Part shown: in pieces, positions 15,491 through 27,799 of the stretch
Position numbering within the stretch: position 1 is the stretch's first letter
How the letters are laid out: every line of letters begins with the position of its first letter
Assembly (NCBI GenBank): GCA_951406725.2
Contig: OX597825.1
Location: 37,386,001-37,450,000, forward strand
DNA length: 64,000 nt
Direction: 5' to 3'
From: Octopus vulgaris
Taxonomy: Eukaryota
Program-made: the position numbers and the translations under genes
The notes under the pieces: model-generated
Told to the model about the DNA's origin: nothing
Seen by the model: the letters and a program-made list of their open reading frames with translations, nothing else
Database searches by the model: none

Positions 15491-15673
15491 ATGGTTTAAA
15501 ATTTTGGCACAAAGCCAGCAATTTTGAAGAGGGGTCTGTCTAAGTCGATTACATCAACCCCGTTGCTCAACTGGTACTTATTTTATCGGTCTCGAAAGAA
15601 TAAAAGGCAAAATCGACCTCGGCGGAATTTGAACTTTGAACGTGACGGGCGAATGCTAAGCATCTTGCCCGCC
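15491..15673 (-). mobile_element. SINE family B (Meta-domain-like central box) with TSD
   Basis: Reverse complement contains GTTCAAATTCCGCCGAGGTCGATTTTGCCTTTTATTCTTTCGAGACCGATAAAATAAGTACCAG; TSD CCTAAAA(A/G)TAAT at 15481-15492 and 15682-15693. Confidence 0.85.
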
Positions 15674-18074
15674 TTTGAGTACCTAAAAGTAATAAGATAG
15701 CGAATTCACTAATACATAAACAATACAGTAAGGCATAACGAACGAAACAGAGCGAATGAGTTATATATAGTAATACGGTAAAACAAGGAGAGGGGAATAA
15801 GGCATGAGTGCAATAATACATAAAGAATACAGGCAAACACAACGACAGCAGTAAGATTGTGAATGTAGGACAACATAGACGGATGTTAGAAGACATGGGC
15901 GAATAAGACATATCAAACACAGCGGAAAAAAGAAACAGCAATGGAAATAATAATATGCAAATTATACGGGAGCCTTTCTGTAGTTATTTAACTTGTTGGA
16001 AGTAGAAACCGAATCTCGCTTAAATTACTTAAAATTGTATGTATATATGTGTGTGTGTGTGCATGTATTTTTTTTACTGGTTCCTGTAGTTAGAATGCAA
16101 CTAAGATGAGGCTTTGTCTTTGAAAGTCTTCATTCATTAGAGCGATCGCGAAACTTCGCCTGCTTTTTGTTTTATCAGCCGGAGAGAGCTAAATCAAGAG
16201 ACGACCAAATAGTTTCATTCCACGACATACACATACACATTGTGTCAGATATGAAATGAGGCGGATGATACCAGCTGGACTGTCTGACAAACCGTCTTAT
16301 TCACCCAGCTAACTTAAAGTCATAGATCAGCTGAACCAGATTCCTCTAAAGCTATATAGCAAGAGCAACAATAGCTTGTCGTGTAATTAACTTAGATGTC
16401 GCTTTTCAAACCTCTTATATTCACACAACCACTGTTTACCTCTGTGTTTCTGAAGCTATTAAAAAGACCAAAGATAAATCGTCAATACAGAAAACTAAGC
16501 TATAGTTGGTAATATTTTCCACGAGGGAAAATTTAACACGATATTGTAATCAACGGATGTCTTGCTGATTTTATATTGTTATTGTTGTTTACTGTAAAGA
16601 ACTACATCATCTACACTATATACTCTAAGATAAATGGACTAAGAGCTAAGTGCCTTAGCGAAGAAATATACAAATATCAGGGAGATAAACGAACCACCGA
16701 CAATGGATACCCTGGCATAGATACAGTTTATATATTTTCAGTGTAATAGAGATAAACCAAAATGTAAAACAAAAGCGCATGATGCAATTTAAAGAGAAGA
16801 GGACTTCACGTATAACAAATTAAAATTTTATCACATTTTAAAAGAACGTTATCAACGACAAACTGAAAATGTTCCTTGCTCCACACAGTGTCAGATAGAA
16901 GGAATATAAATGGTTGAATTAAAAAAAAATTGAAAAAATAACTCCATGTTCAACAGAATAATGATAAAATAACAATGGCTACACCGACATAATTTACAAG
17001 TAATCCTACCACAGCAACATGAAACGCAACACAACATTAGAAAGAATATTAGAAGAGCAGCAGCAGAATGAAGGGAAGCAGTGCACCAGTGTACGATATG
17101 CAACATCCCCACATTCTCTAACAAATAATTCTTTTAAAAAATCATGACGACTACGGCAACAAGGGTGACCACCAACATCATTTTTATAATCTCCGCCCAC
17201 CCCTCCAGTTGGCGCCACAAACATCACATCACCTATATTATCACAACCAGTATCTCCTGATGTATCAACCATCAGGTTTTAACTATTATACAATGAAAAG
17301 CAGAGACGAAAAATCAACAACAAATAAAATAAAAGTATACAATAATAACACAACATACAAGAACATACAATAACACTAATAACAACAACAGTTTACGTCG
17401 CCAGCTAATCGATAATAACATTGTGAAGAATAAGTATAGTAGCAAGAAAACTATAACTAAGCGAAAAGGAAAATGACAGTGTCAGCTAATGGGAGCCATT
17501 TTACTTCAACGGTTTCTCATTTTTCTTCCGGTTGCATTTCTTTATTTATTCATTTTGTAACATTTGTTTTGGTCGCACTAGACGTGTTTCATTACAGAGT
17601 TTCAATCAGCTTTACATGTTGAATTTAGTTCCTATATCAACAGTACCAAGACATTAGTTTTGTAATAAAATATTTAATATTTCTACCACGTGATAAATGA
17701 ATATACACCCACATATAATCACCCAAACACACACACACACAAACACGCGCGTGCGCACACAAACACGTACGCACGCACACGCACACATTCATGCATATTT
17801 TTATATGTGTGTAGGTGAACACAAAGAGACAGAGAGAGAGAGAGAGAAAGAGAAAAGACAGAGAAAGAGGCCGATGTAAAATATTTTTAATAAATTTTCT
17901 ATTCATTCAATGTAAATGATCTACACAGTTTATTTACATATATGTTTGTATGTATGCATGCATGTATGTATGAATGCATGTATGTATGTATGTATGTATA
18001 TATGTATGTATGTATGTATATATATATATATATATGGGTATATATATATATATATATGGGTATATATATATAGG

Positions 18075-18110
<36 letters not shown>

Positions 18111-18112
<2 letters not shown>

Positions 18113-18259
18113 TGAGAAAGTTGGTTTGTGAAAGCACGTGGTTGAATATATAGAAAATAGTAAAAAGTGAAAAGACTACAGAAGGCTTGTTTTAAAAGGT
18201 TAAAAAAAATATTTTTTAACCTTTTAAAACAAGCCTTCTGTAGTCTTTTCACTTTTTAC

Positions 18260-18260
<1 letters not shown>
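18111..18260. mobile_element. Fold-back module: perfect 49-bp inverted repeat with 4-nt loop and unique left lead, inside (TA)n
   Basis: 18159-18207 is the exact reverse complement of 18212-18260; (TA)n on both sides. Confidence 0.75.
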
Positions 18261-18311
<51 letters not shown>

Positions 18312-18403
18312 CACACATATATTTGTGCTATTTATGCGTGGCCACAGCTTGGCATTTTTTCCTGTGGGTGTTTATAAATATGTTATTTATTTTACTCAGT
18401 ATG

Positions 18404-18577
18404 TTTTGCTGATGAAGGAAACAAATTGATTTAACTAGACGAGAAATTGATGAACCCTAAACTATCGAAATTGTTTTTGAATTCCTGTATGCCCGCTTCT
18501 TCACTGTCAACACATGTGAATTATAAAGTGATATTTTAACAAACGTAATTTGGAAAGTTCGAAACCTAGGTCCTAGA
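18404..18577 (+). ncRNA. Hammerhead-like motif with about 145-nt stem II insertion
   Basis: CTGATGA(18409-18415) ... GAAA(18561-18564) CCTAGG palindrome, GUC triplet, then CTAGA, which can pair with TTTAG as seen in the paralogous copy near 19511-19515; CAAATT/AATTTG pairing inside stem II. Confidence 0.5.
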
Positions 18578-18757
18578 TAATCCCCCATCTGGGTTGTACA
18601 TTTATTTGATGTTCTCCCTATAGGTAAAATGAAATTCTTTTATGTTCGTTGCCTGCAAATATTCTTGCCAGTATAAATATACAGTGAAGCTGTATATAGC
18701 GTCGTATATTATCGACTGTTATTTCCAGTAAATATTGGAGCATTGTTGTACCACTAT

Positions 18758-18788
<31 letters not shown>

Positions 18789-18792
18789 TTCA

Positions 18793-18864
<72 letters not shown>

Positions 18865-18867
<3 letters not shown>

Positions 18868-19283
18868 TTCAGTAAAAATTTAGATTCAGTTGAATAAGGT
18901 ACTTAAGTTAAAGGCACCGGAATTTAGTATGGTATTATCCATATAATTCAAAATGGGGTGATTATAATCAAAATAAGCAACAAGGATATCCAGAGGTAGA
19001 GCAGTACCATCGTTTCATGCGACTCCATTCAATTAAACAATGCAAATATTACATCAGTTTTAAAATGTAGAGCAATCTTCAGTGCATATAAATATAGAAT
19101 TTAGTTAAATTTAAAATTAAAACATTCATTTTCATAGTTATTCCATTAACCAGCATCACCAAGAGGGTAAGTAGGTAGATTGCTCTTCATTTTAAAACCG
19201 ATGTAATACTTGCATTGTTTAATTAAATGGAATTGCATGAAACAATCGTACTGCTTTACCTCTGGATATACTTGTTTATTTTG

Positions 19284-19289
<6 letters not shown>
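18865..19289 (-). mobile_element. Truncated PLE-type insertion with inverted pLTR copy in (TA)n
   Basis: Arms 18963-19078 and 19177-19289 differ by about 10 substitutions and one 3-bp indel; about 100-bp unique left tail; (TA)n both sides; contains a hammerhead motif. Confidence 0.75.
19001..19085 (-). ncRNA. Hammerhead-like motif
   Basis: Minus strand: GCA CTGAAGA TTGC...GCAT GAAA CGAT(G/C)G TA CTGC; the two arms together give the palindrome CGATCG; stem I pairing is imperfect. Confidence 0.55.
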
Positions 19290-19341
<52 letters not shown>

Positions 19342-19775
19342 TATATCAATGTATCTAAATAGGTCTATTTTCTATATGCTGGCCACTGATAAAACTTTGA
19401 AACATTTTATCCTTAATTATATGTGAATATATTCCATTCACTCCGGATGAGTCTAGTCATCCCTGTACTATTATGACCAAATAGATATTTCATTTATTTC
19501 GCTCAGTATGTTTAGTCGATGAAGGAAAAGTTATTAAAGTAACTAGACGAGAAATTGATCAATCCTAAACTATCTGAATAATATATGAATTTCTGTATGC
19601 CAGCATCCTCGCTCTCAACACGTGTAAATTATAAAGTGATATTTTGAGTTGGTTAGACGCACTAAGTTTCTATTTTTAGCATATAGGCAGAAAACTCTCT
19701 GTGCCCTTAATTATAATTGTAATAATGTATACTATTCTATATATATATATATATAATTTATTTTAAGAAATATTA

Positions 19776-19874
19776 GGTAGTCAGAATTTTGGATAATTTA
19801 TCTAGCGCTTTCATCTAGAATCTCTGAAACTAGAGAAAGCGTTAAATAAGTAATTATCAAAAATTCTGACGACC
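19776..19874. mobile_element. Short fold-back module in (TA)n with the 3' half of a hammerhead
   Basis: Imperfect inverted arms 19776-19818 and 19830-19874; minus strand of the left arm reads GAAA GCGC TA. Confidence 0.65.
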
Positions 19875-19882
19875 ACCTTCTA

Positions 19883-19931
<49 letters not shown>

Positions 19932-20019
19932 GTGAGTGTATGTGTGTGCGTGTGTGTGTGTGTGTGTGCGTGTGTGTGTGTGTATGCGTGTGTGTAGATG
20001 TGTATAGTACCCATGATTA

Positions 20020-20649
20020 AGAAACCATACAAAAAGGTTTCATGCTATATTGTTGAAACTTTATACTGATCAATGGAAGGTATCACTGTTCTAAAACATA
20101 AATTGGTTTCTTTCAAAGAGTTCCGCTCCAATATTTTGTGCGTCAAGTTGCGTTTATACTTAACCATTCGATAAAGGAAGATCGATAAAGGAAGTATAAC
20201 TCTTTAAGTGGTATTGATTCACCCGAATCGATAAATTACAGGACACAATACAAATATAGGATTAAAAATTCAAAGATTGACAACAGATATCGTGTATAAG
20301 GAGAATCCATAAGAAGTGTTCACCCGACAGTAACTGTGTGGCAAAGTCGATAAAACACACAGCTGCGATGAACCTAAAAGATATATTGGGGCAATGGAAG
20401 CCACATTCAAAAACTGTTATTGCAGGATCTCTTTCTTTGCGTTTTCTTGAATATTAGACATATATAATACCATGCTATGGAACTGTGTGGTTTGAGAACC
20501 TCACTGACAGCCCGCTGATAAGCCTAATCTTGGCTACCTTCTTTACACTAATTTGGATTGTCAAAGTTGTGATGCTTTATTGCAGCAGTTAATACAACTA
20601 ACTAATGTAGTTTACAGAAGATACATAACTCTAATTTCCTATTTCCGTG

Positions 20650-20650
<1 letters not shown>
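20020..20650 (+). pseudogene. Decayed PLE C-terminal region with GIY-YIG endonuclease
   Basis: TDIVYK (20283-20300) and KRYIGAMEATFKNCY (20376-20420) match the GIY/YIG motifs; downstream CQSC and LISYFR resemble CxLC and ELISxCRH; many stops and frameshifts. Confidence 0.6.

Positions 20651-20718
<68 letters not shown>
20650..20718. repeat. (ACT)n microsatellite
   Basis: Directly visible. Confidence 0.98.
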
Positions 20719-20769
20719 ATTTCTCTCTGTATGTATGTATGTGTGTGTCTGGTTTTCGTCTGTGTATTA

Positions 20770-20802
<33 letters not shown>

Positions 20803-20807
<5 letters not shown>

Positions 20808-21296
20808 TTAGGGAATATTACTTCTAAGTACACAGGACGAAGACATGCAAATTAGATGTACTAAAATGAACATCTCTTAATGTTTAATTCGTATATATAA
20901 AAGTAATTTTAGAGACAGAACCACCTTCAACTCAATCAACACTGAAAGGTTTTATACCCGACCACTCCATAATCCTGTATTTTCCGTTTATAAGACTACA
21001 CGTCTTTCATGAAAGTACGTCGACATTGATTAGATATAAGGTATCTAGTTCCAATACATACTCGGGTGGACATACTCCCAATCTTCAGGTCTTGATTCCT
21101 CAACATGTTTCACTACCCCTATCTCTTATATACTTCCATGATACTCTATACGTTCACGTGTAATCTTATAAACGGGAAAAAAACAGGATTCAGAATAGAT
21201 ATAATTAGTATAAAATGTTATTTTTAACATTTTATGGAGTGGTGGGTATAATCAGTGTTGATTGAGTGGAAGGTGGTTCTGTCTCTAAAATTACTT
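20803..21296 (-). mobile_element. Truncated PLE-type insertion with inverted pLTR copy in (TA)n
   Basis: Arms 20901-21003 and 21156-21296 (the right arm has an extra segment of about 43 bp); unique left tail; TA tracts both sides; well-formed hammerhead inside. Confidence 0.8.
20992..21093 (-). ncRNA. Type I hammerhead ribozyme motif with extended stem II
   Basis: Minus strand: AAGAC CTGAAGA T TGGGAGTATGTC...GACGTACTTTCA T GAAA GACGTG TA GTCTT; 5-bp stem I, 12-bp basal stem II plus distal hairpin; the other arm preserves the palindrome CACGTG; GUA triplet. Confidence 0.8.
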
Positions 21297-21670
21297 ATAT
21301 ATATATATATAACCATGCATATACATTCACATGTATTACTTAAACATATAAATATGTGAGGGTGTGTATGTATTTATACATATATATGCTTGTATAATTA
21401 ATATACATATATGTGTATGTTTGTGTGTCTATGAGTGATCACATAGATATAGATACTGTTCGATGTGAAATCATTTACTAGTCCAGTTTTTATTTAGGCG
21501 CTTACTATTATTTTCTGTCGAGTTATAATGAGTGTGTGGAATAACATATGTAATCCATTTGTTGTGTGCCCAGTAAATGAGTTGCTCTACTTGTTTTCAA
21601 CTCAGCACAATTCCACATCGAATCGCACCCTACTCTTGTTATTCTCTGACTCAATAACTTTTGTATTAAA

Positions 21671-21885
21671 GGCGGCGAGCTGACAGAATCGTTAGCACAC
21701 TGGAAGATATGCTCAGTGGCATTTCGTCCGTCTTTACGTTCTGAATTCAAATTTCGCAGAGGTCGAATTTGTCTTTTATCTTTTCGGGGTCGTTAGTATA
21801 AGTACCAGTCGAGTACTGGGATCGATATAGTCGACTTAGCGCGTCCTATGAAATTGCTGGCCCTGTGCCAAGATTAGAAACCAAT
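21671..21885 (+). mobile_element. SINE family B, full length with TSD
   Basis: Head GGCGGCGAGCTGACAGAATCGTTAGC, B-box-like GAATTCAAAT, central box, tail GTGCCAAGATTAGAAACCAAT; TSD TGTA(T/C)TAAAG at 21662-21671 and 21888-21897. Confidence 0.9.
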
Positions 21886-23179
21886 CCTGTACTAAAGTCT
21901 CAAATTCTTACTGTTTTCCTTGCATTCCAGCAACTGCTGTTGCTACTGCTACAACTTATTTTACTGCTACTGTGATACTTTTAATTACGCTTTTTAATTC
22001 TAGCTTCGGAAGATGAAATAGAGGAATGACAGAAATATTTTGTAAAAACAGTAATATATGTGAATAAGCGGAGTAAAAAATATGTCATAGCAGTAATAGT
22101 ATTTGTCGTTGCTGTATTAGAAGCAGAATAGGAAATGAGACAGCAAATGAAAACTAACAAAATAAAAATATCAAAACAGAGAAATAGCCATAAATGATAT
22201 AAAGGAAAGAAAAAATTAAAACGAAGGGAAGGAGAGTTGGAGTAATTCAATGAAAATATTGAGTGAAGTAAGAGAGAAAAGGAAAATTCGAATGAAAGTC
22301 GCAATGTTGATGAGGAATCGGTGATTAATTAAAAAAATACGGATGTAGATAATTATCAGAATCATGACAAAGTTGGTTTTGTGCCATTATTGTCGTTAAG
22401 TACACCGCTGTCAATTATGTCATCGATTAATATGTTGCTTCTCTCCTTTTAAATCTTATTCCTTCTGTCGAAGTTTCTTTCACAAAAGAGATTTATGACG
22501 TTTCCCTAATCTTCCTTTTCCACCAACACTTTTCCCTTCTTTCCTCTTAATCTCGCAACCTCAATAACTTTGTGTAATAAATCTCCATCTTGTCGTTACG
22601 TTTGCCTTTCTGTTTTCTATGTTTACTTACCTCACTCCTGCTTCGAAATTCCATTTTTATTTTCCATATTGTTCTTCTATTCTCTCCTTCCTCTGCATAA
22701 CTTGCAGTTTCGATTACTTGTCTATTTTCACTTGCCCTTCTCTTTGGTTGATTGCATTTCCTTATTTTAACTATATTGTGCCATAAGGATAATTAAAAGA
22801 GGACATAATCAAAGTTCCTAGTTACGTCTGCGGATTTGAATATAGTTGTATTTCAATTGTAGTATTTCATTCAAGACTAAATAGTTGATCCTTGACAGAT
22901 GTAAACCGTAGAGAAATGGAACTAATCCTGTGTATTATAGAATGCAGAAAGAAAAGACACACTTGGAGACCTTCATAAATATCTTGAATAGGTATCAGTC
23001 TGAACACATTTTGAATATGAGATGTTTCGGAAAAGAAACTCATACGTTCTTTTTTATAGACTTTGCTTAACATACATACATACATGAATACGTACATATA
23101 TGCATACACGCATACACGCACACACACACACTCACATACACACACACATTCTTTAACACACACACATATATATATATAC

Positions 23180-23392
23180 ATTGGTTTCAAACTTTTTGCG
23201 AGGCCAGCAATTTCGAGGCAGGGGTAGGTCGATTGCATCAACCCCAAGCTCAACTGTTGTTTATTTCATCGACCCCGAAAGGATGAAAAGCAAAATCGAT
23301 CTTGGCAGAATTTGAACAGAGAGTATGAAGATGGATGAAGCGCTGCTAAGCATTTTTGCTAGGTCTGCTAACGATTCTGCCAGCTCTCTACC
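23180..23392 (-). mobile_element. SINE family B, near full length
   Basis: Reverse complement aligns end to end with the 21671 copy. Confidence 0.85.
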
Positions 23393-23641
23393 TCTACACA
23401 CACAAACGCAAGCGAGCGCACACACACTCACACAACACACACACACACATATATGATATTGTTTAGTCGAGGTTATTTTGATCACCTATCACCAGCTTAT
23501 ATCTAAAATAAATATATTGTAATCCATACTCAGATTTATCGACTTATTTGTTGTGAGAGTGTTCTTCGATTTCGGATTAAAAGTCTCATATAACTGAAAA
23601 ATTTATGACAATCTAAAATTACATATCTTGATATATCTAAT

Positions 23642-23835
23642 ATTGGTTTTAAATTTTGGCACAAGGCCAGCAGTTTCATGAAAGCGCTAAGTTGATTACT
23701 TCGACCCCAGTGATCAACTGGTACTTATTTTACAGAGCCCGAAATAATGAAAGGCAATCTGACAATGTAAATACCGCAATAAAATGCCGCTTAGCATTTT
23801 GCCCGGCGTGCTAACCATTCCGCCGTCGCGACCTT
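23642..23835 (-). mobile_element. SINE family B with TSD
   Basis: Same head and tail; TSD TAT(A/G)TCTAATA at 23632-23642 and 23839-23849. Confidence 0.85.
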
Positions 23836-23874
23836 CGTTATGTCTAATAAATATCTTATGGTCTTCGTTGTACG

Positions 23875-23989
23875 TATGTATGTATGTATGTATGTATGTA
23901 TGTATGTATGTATGTATGTATGTATGTATGTATGTATGTGTGTATGTATGTGTATATATATATATATAATTGTATGTATGTATGTATGC

Positions 23990-24027
<38 letters not shown>

Positions 24028-24030
24028 ATG

Positions 24031-24095
<65 letters not shown>

Positions 24096-24104
24096 TACAT
24101 ACAT

Positions 24105-24142
<38 letters not shown>

Positions 24143-24199
24143 GCATACATACATACAATTATATATATATATATACATATACATACACACATACATACA

Positions 24200-24233
<34 letters not shown>

Positions 24234-24270
24234 CATATATATATATACCTACATACATACATACATACAC
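23875..24270. repeat. Palindromic compound microsatellite centred on (TA)n
   Basis: (TATG)n...AATTG...GCATG...TTTG on the left is mirrored by CAAA...CATGC...CAATT...(CATA)n on the right. Confidence 0.9.
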
Positions 24271-24639
24271 ACAAACGTACTGACATAAATGCACAAATAT
24301 ATATATATAATGCATTGAGTGAGATGATACATATTTCATCTTCACCACTTCAAGTTTCATCAAGAAACGACATCTGCAAGTTAAATTTTGGAAAGTGAAT
24401 ACGTGCCAAATTGAAATACAAATGATTTCCTGATTTAGTACGATGTACTCGCTCTGTCAATTATTTAAGATGTACAAAGATATCACTGACATTATGTATA
24501 TGTGCTCACACAGATACACCTGCTCGCTTCCCTCCCCATATATACCCGCGAATGTATAAATGTATTATGTATGCATACACTTCACTGAATCTAGACAAAT
24601 ACATATACATACACATATACATATATATGTATATATATG

Positions 24640-24670
<31 letters not shown>

Positions 24671-25979
24671 GAGTGTATTGATATATATCTATATACCTAA
24701 AAATAAATATACGCAAATGCGTGTACATACTAGGATAAATGCACTTATTTTGACACGTAGATACATATGCATACAGAAATATGTTAATGCATACGCATAG
24801 GTGTGTATGTTTGTGTGTGTTGTATATAATATTACGTGCATATGTGAATTGTACATACATTTGAGCTCGCTGCTGAACTCTCTCTCTCTCTCTCTCTCTG
24901 TTTCTCTTTCTCTCTCTTTAGTTTCCTTGCTGAATGAATTTAGTACAATTTGATGCGTTTTAGAAGTTGCTATATAGTAGACTACAACTATTGATAATGA
25001 AGAGACACAGTCATCTGTATATTTTCATATACGTAGGCGCAATCGTTGGTGACGAAAACTATTCAGATGGCAAATTTGTTGATAAACTGAACCGTGTGAT
25101 CAATCATGGGACTATCTGATGCAGGTTGATGCATGTTTATTAAATATAAACTTGTTAATTTATTTACAATATACCCCTAGGCACGTTTCCATGAATTGTA
25201 TTTCTTGCTTGATGCACAAATTTGTAAAATTTCCTAACATTTTTTCCTTATGTAAAATATTTCGATCCTGTTTCGAATTCATTCCTCAGTTAAAGTCTAA
25301 ATGTAAATTTTGAAACTGTTTCATTATAATAAGGTTATATTTCATTTCCTCCATAGAGAAGCTCGTGTTAGCGCAAAGCTTGAAATTGTTTCATTTAAAG
25401 CACTCTTAGCGTGGTTTCGCTTTCATTTTATAAGGACGTTTAAAGCCTAACTCTCGAAGACAGGGACTCTTAATATAATTGGTGGTGTATCTATTATTCC
25501 CCTATTTTCTCATCTTGCAGAGTGTGATAACTCTGATCTAAATGCATTTATCTATCTTAATTACCATATATTAACTAGTGTTACCTGTTATATGACAGGA
25601 AATGTTGAAAACAAAATTTTCCTTTAATTGGTAATATGAGATGATGCTATATCTTGATTAATTGATAGTTACATGTTATTAGTTTTATGAATAGCAATTA
25701 TTTATTGCAAACAGAGAATAAGAGAAGTGATTTTTATTTTAATTTAATAACTATATTTATGTTGAAAATTTCTTTTTTATTTTATTATTTTTTATAGCAA
25801 ACATAAAATGAGAAACAAAATTATAATTGTTGTCTTTATGTAACGTTACGTGAATAACATACAGTATACCATCGCGGTACGATAACGGAAGATATCAGGT
25901 CAATGGCTACGCATATCCATGAAAAGTTGACTTTCTCCAGTGTACACGAGAAAAATCTAATACAGGAGACGGGAAAACC

Positions 25980-26470
25980 TAACAAGACTTAGTTAAAGAC
26001 TATACGAGTATCAACTGGGAGTACCATCATTAAATGGTGTATGATCTTGTGAATGGAGATCTCTCCTAGCTCAGTACTCCATTTCAGAGGAAGTTAGGCT
26101 CAGAGTTAATGTTAGCTAAAAAGGCAAAATTATATTCCAAGCATTACACGTCATATGGCAATAAACATTATTAGGTGGTATTCTTATATGCTGTATAAAT
26201 TTTCCCAGCACAATGATGCTCTCATTTCGTGGTATCGTGGTATTTCTGAAGTATCGTGGTATTTCTGAAGTATCGTGGTATTTCTGAAGTATCGTGGTAT
26301 TTCTCTGGAGAAATGAAAAATGCCACACGTTATACCACTTAAAACGAAGCAAAGTGGTATGGTGACGGCATTGATCAGAGAGAGCTTACGCGATGCGAAC
26401 AGAAGCAGCCTAAGGTTAATCGAGAACAACAAACAACAAATGTGTGAATGCAATATGACTGCACGTTCGA
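25980..26470 (+). pseudogene. Possible highly decayed Tc1/mariner transposase C-terminal region
   Basis: Faint motifs STGSTIIKW (cf. GGGSVMVW), FSQHNDA (cf. FQQDNA), RLIENNKQQMCEC (cf. LIESMPxRC) in the expected order; no TIRs found. Confidence 0.3.
26232..26304 (+). repeat. 19-bp minisatellite GTATCGTGGTATTTCTGAA, 3.8 identical copies
   Basis: Units start at 26232, 26251, 26270, 26289; no spacers. Confidence 0.97.
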
Positions 26471-26878
26471 GCATAAACGCAAATACAACTTCAAGGACAC
26501 ACATCTATGAACTTTCACACACTCATACACACACAAAGACACATATGGCCACGCATAGAACCATCAAAATAAATACTCACATAGACACAAACGTGTGTGT
26601 CTTTGTATATATATATATATATATATATATACATACATGTGCACACAGAAACTTGCCTCTTACCACGCGCAACATGAGTAATTAATACGCTTATAAATGC
26701 TGTTCTAATGCACCCATATTTGAAAGTTCATCCTCCCAGCAAACACATAAGCTGACCCAGGAACTGAGATACTCTTAATGATTCACAGAGACTATATCCT
26801 TCGCTATTCAATTAAATTCACTACGACAATCATTCTTAATTCTTCAATAAACTCATTGAAACAATTATTATCACATAT

Positions 26879-26912
<34 letters not shown>

Positions 26913-27544
26913 TCTCCCTGTCATACACACATGTGTGCACAAATATACACCCATATTCATAAAACTGTATCACTGTAACGCTTTCAATGCAGATTATTAT
27001 TAATTTTCAGACTGAGATTATCTGAAACTCAGTTTAAACATTTGTTCATTTACAGTCTCCGCTATTGATAATAGTTTCTTGTATCAATACACAAAGTAAG
27101 CAATGTGAAATATTAGCATTGTGAGATATTAACATTGTATGCATCCCAATGAAATTTCCACTTGTTACTGAATGCTTTCACTCACAATCACCACTTTTTC
27201 AATTCTCCTCAGACATGGGAAGCTTTTGTTAGGCTATGCTTCACAGAGGTGGTTTAATAAGACTCATAAATAACCGGAGTGAACACGTTAAAAAATCCAG
27301 CTCTCTCTATTCCTTATGTATCCACTTAATTTAAAATCAATATAGATTGAAGAGTTATCTCCCTTGCATGGCTTAGCAAGAATTAATCATTACTGAAGAT
27401 AACATGCTTTTCTCCCTTCACTAGAAATATTATTCTAAATAATTGAATACTTTTCAGTCTCTCTACATTTGATATTTTAGCTCACCATTCAGAAAGACAA
27501 GAACCCTAAATCAAAGAGAAGTTACTAAAGTCCTCCCCGGGCTG

Positions 27545-27722
27545 GTTTTATTGTTTAGTCCCAGACCAACTTTGATCGATCAAATAGATCGATGGTAAAA
27601 TGCATTCCAGCTATAAACATTCGATTATTTTACGAGTATCTACGAAACTACTTTATGTAACAGATCCTTCTCATTATAAGATGGCAGGGCTTTATCTGAA
27701 GGCTATTAGATTGCTGTTTGCT
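27545..27722 (-). mobile_element. Degraded fragment of an interspersed repeat ending in GGG(G)CTAAACAAC/AAT
   Basis: Similar degraded ends near 4730-4790 (+), 38280, 54290 and 63850 (-); family unclassified. Confidence 0.4.
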
Positions 27723-27799
27723 GCCTGTTAATCACGTGGAATAGTACATTATATAGAATACTACAATATCCGATAGGACCTTCTCGTTATAAATGTTAT

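Larger units (their letters stand above)
18384..19647 (+). repeat. Diverged direct repeat of about 155 bp (18384-18539 and 19490-19647), two copies of one pLTR-like family
   Basis: Shared blocks CTCAGTATGTTT, GATGAAGGAAA, TAACTAGACGAGAAATTGAT, CCTAAACTATC, AATTATAAAGTGATATTTT. Confidence 0.85.

Noticed and set aside
26232-26304. CRISPR-like array
   Set aside because: Units are head-to-tail with no spacers, the context is eukaryotic and there are no cas genes
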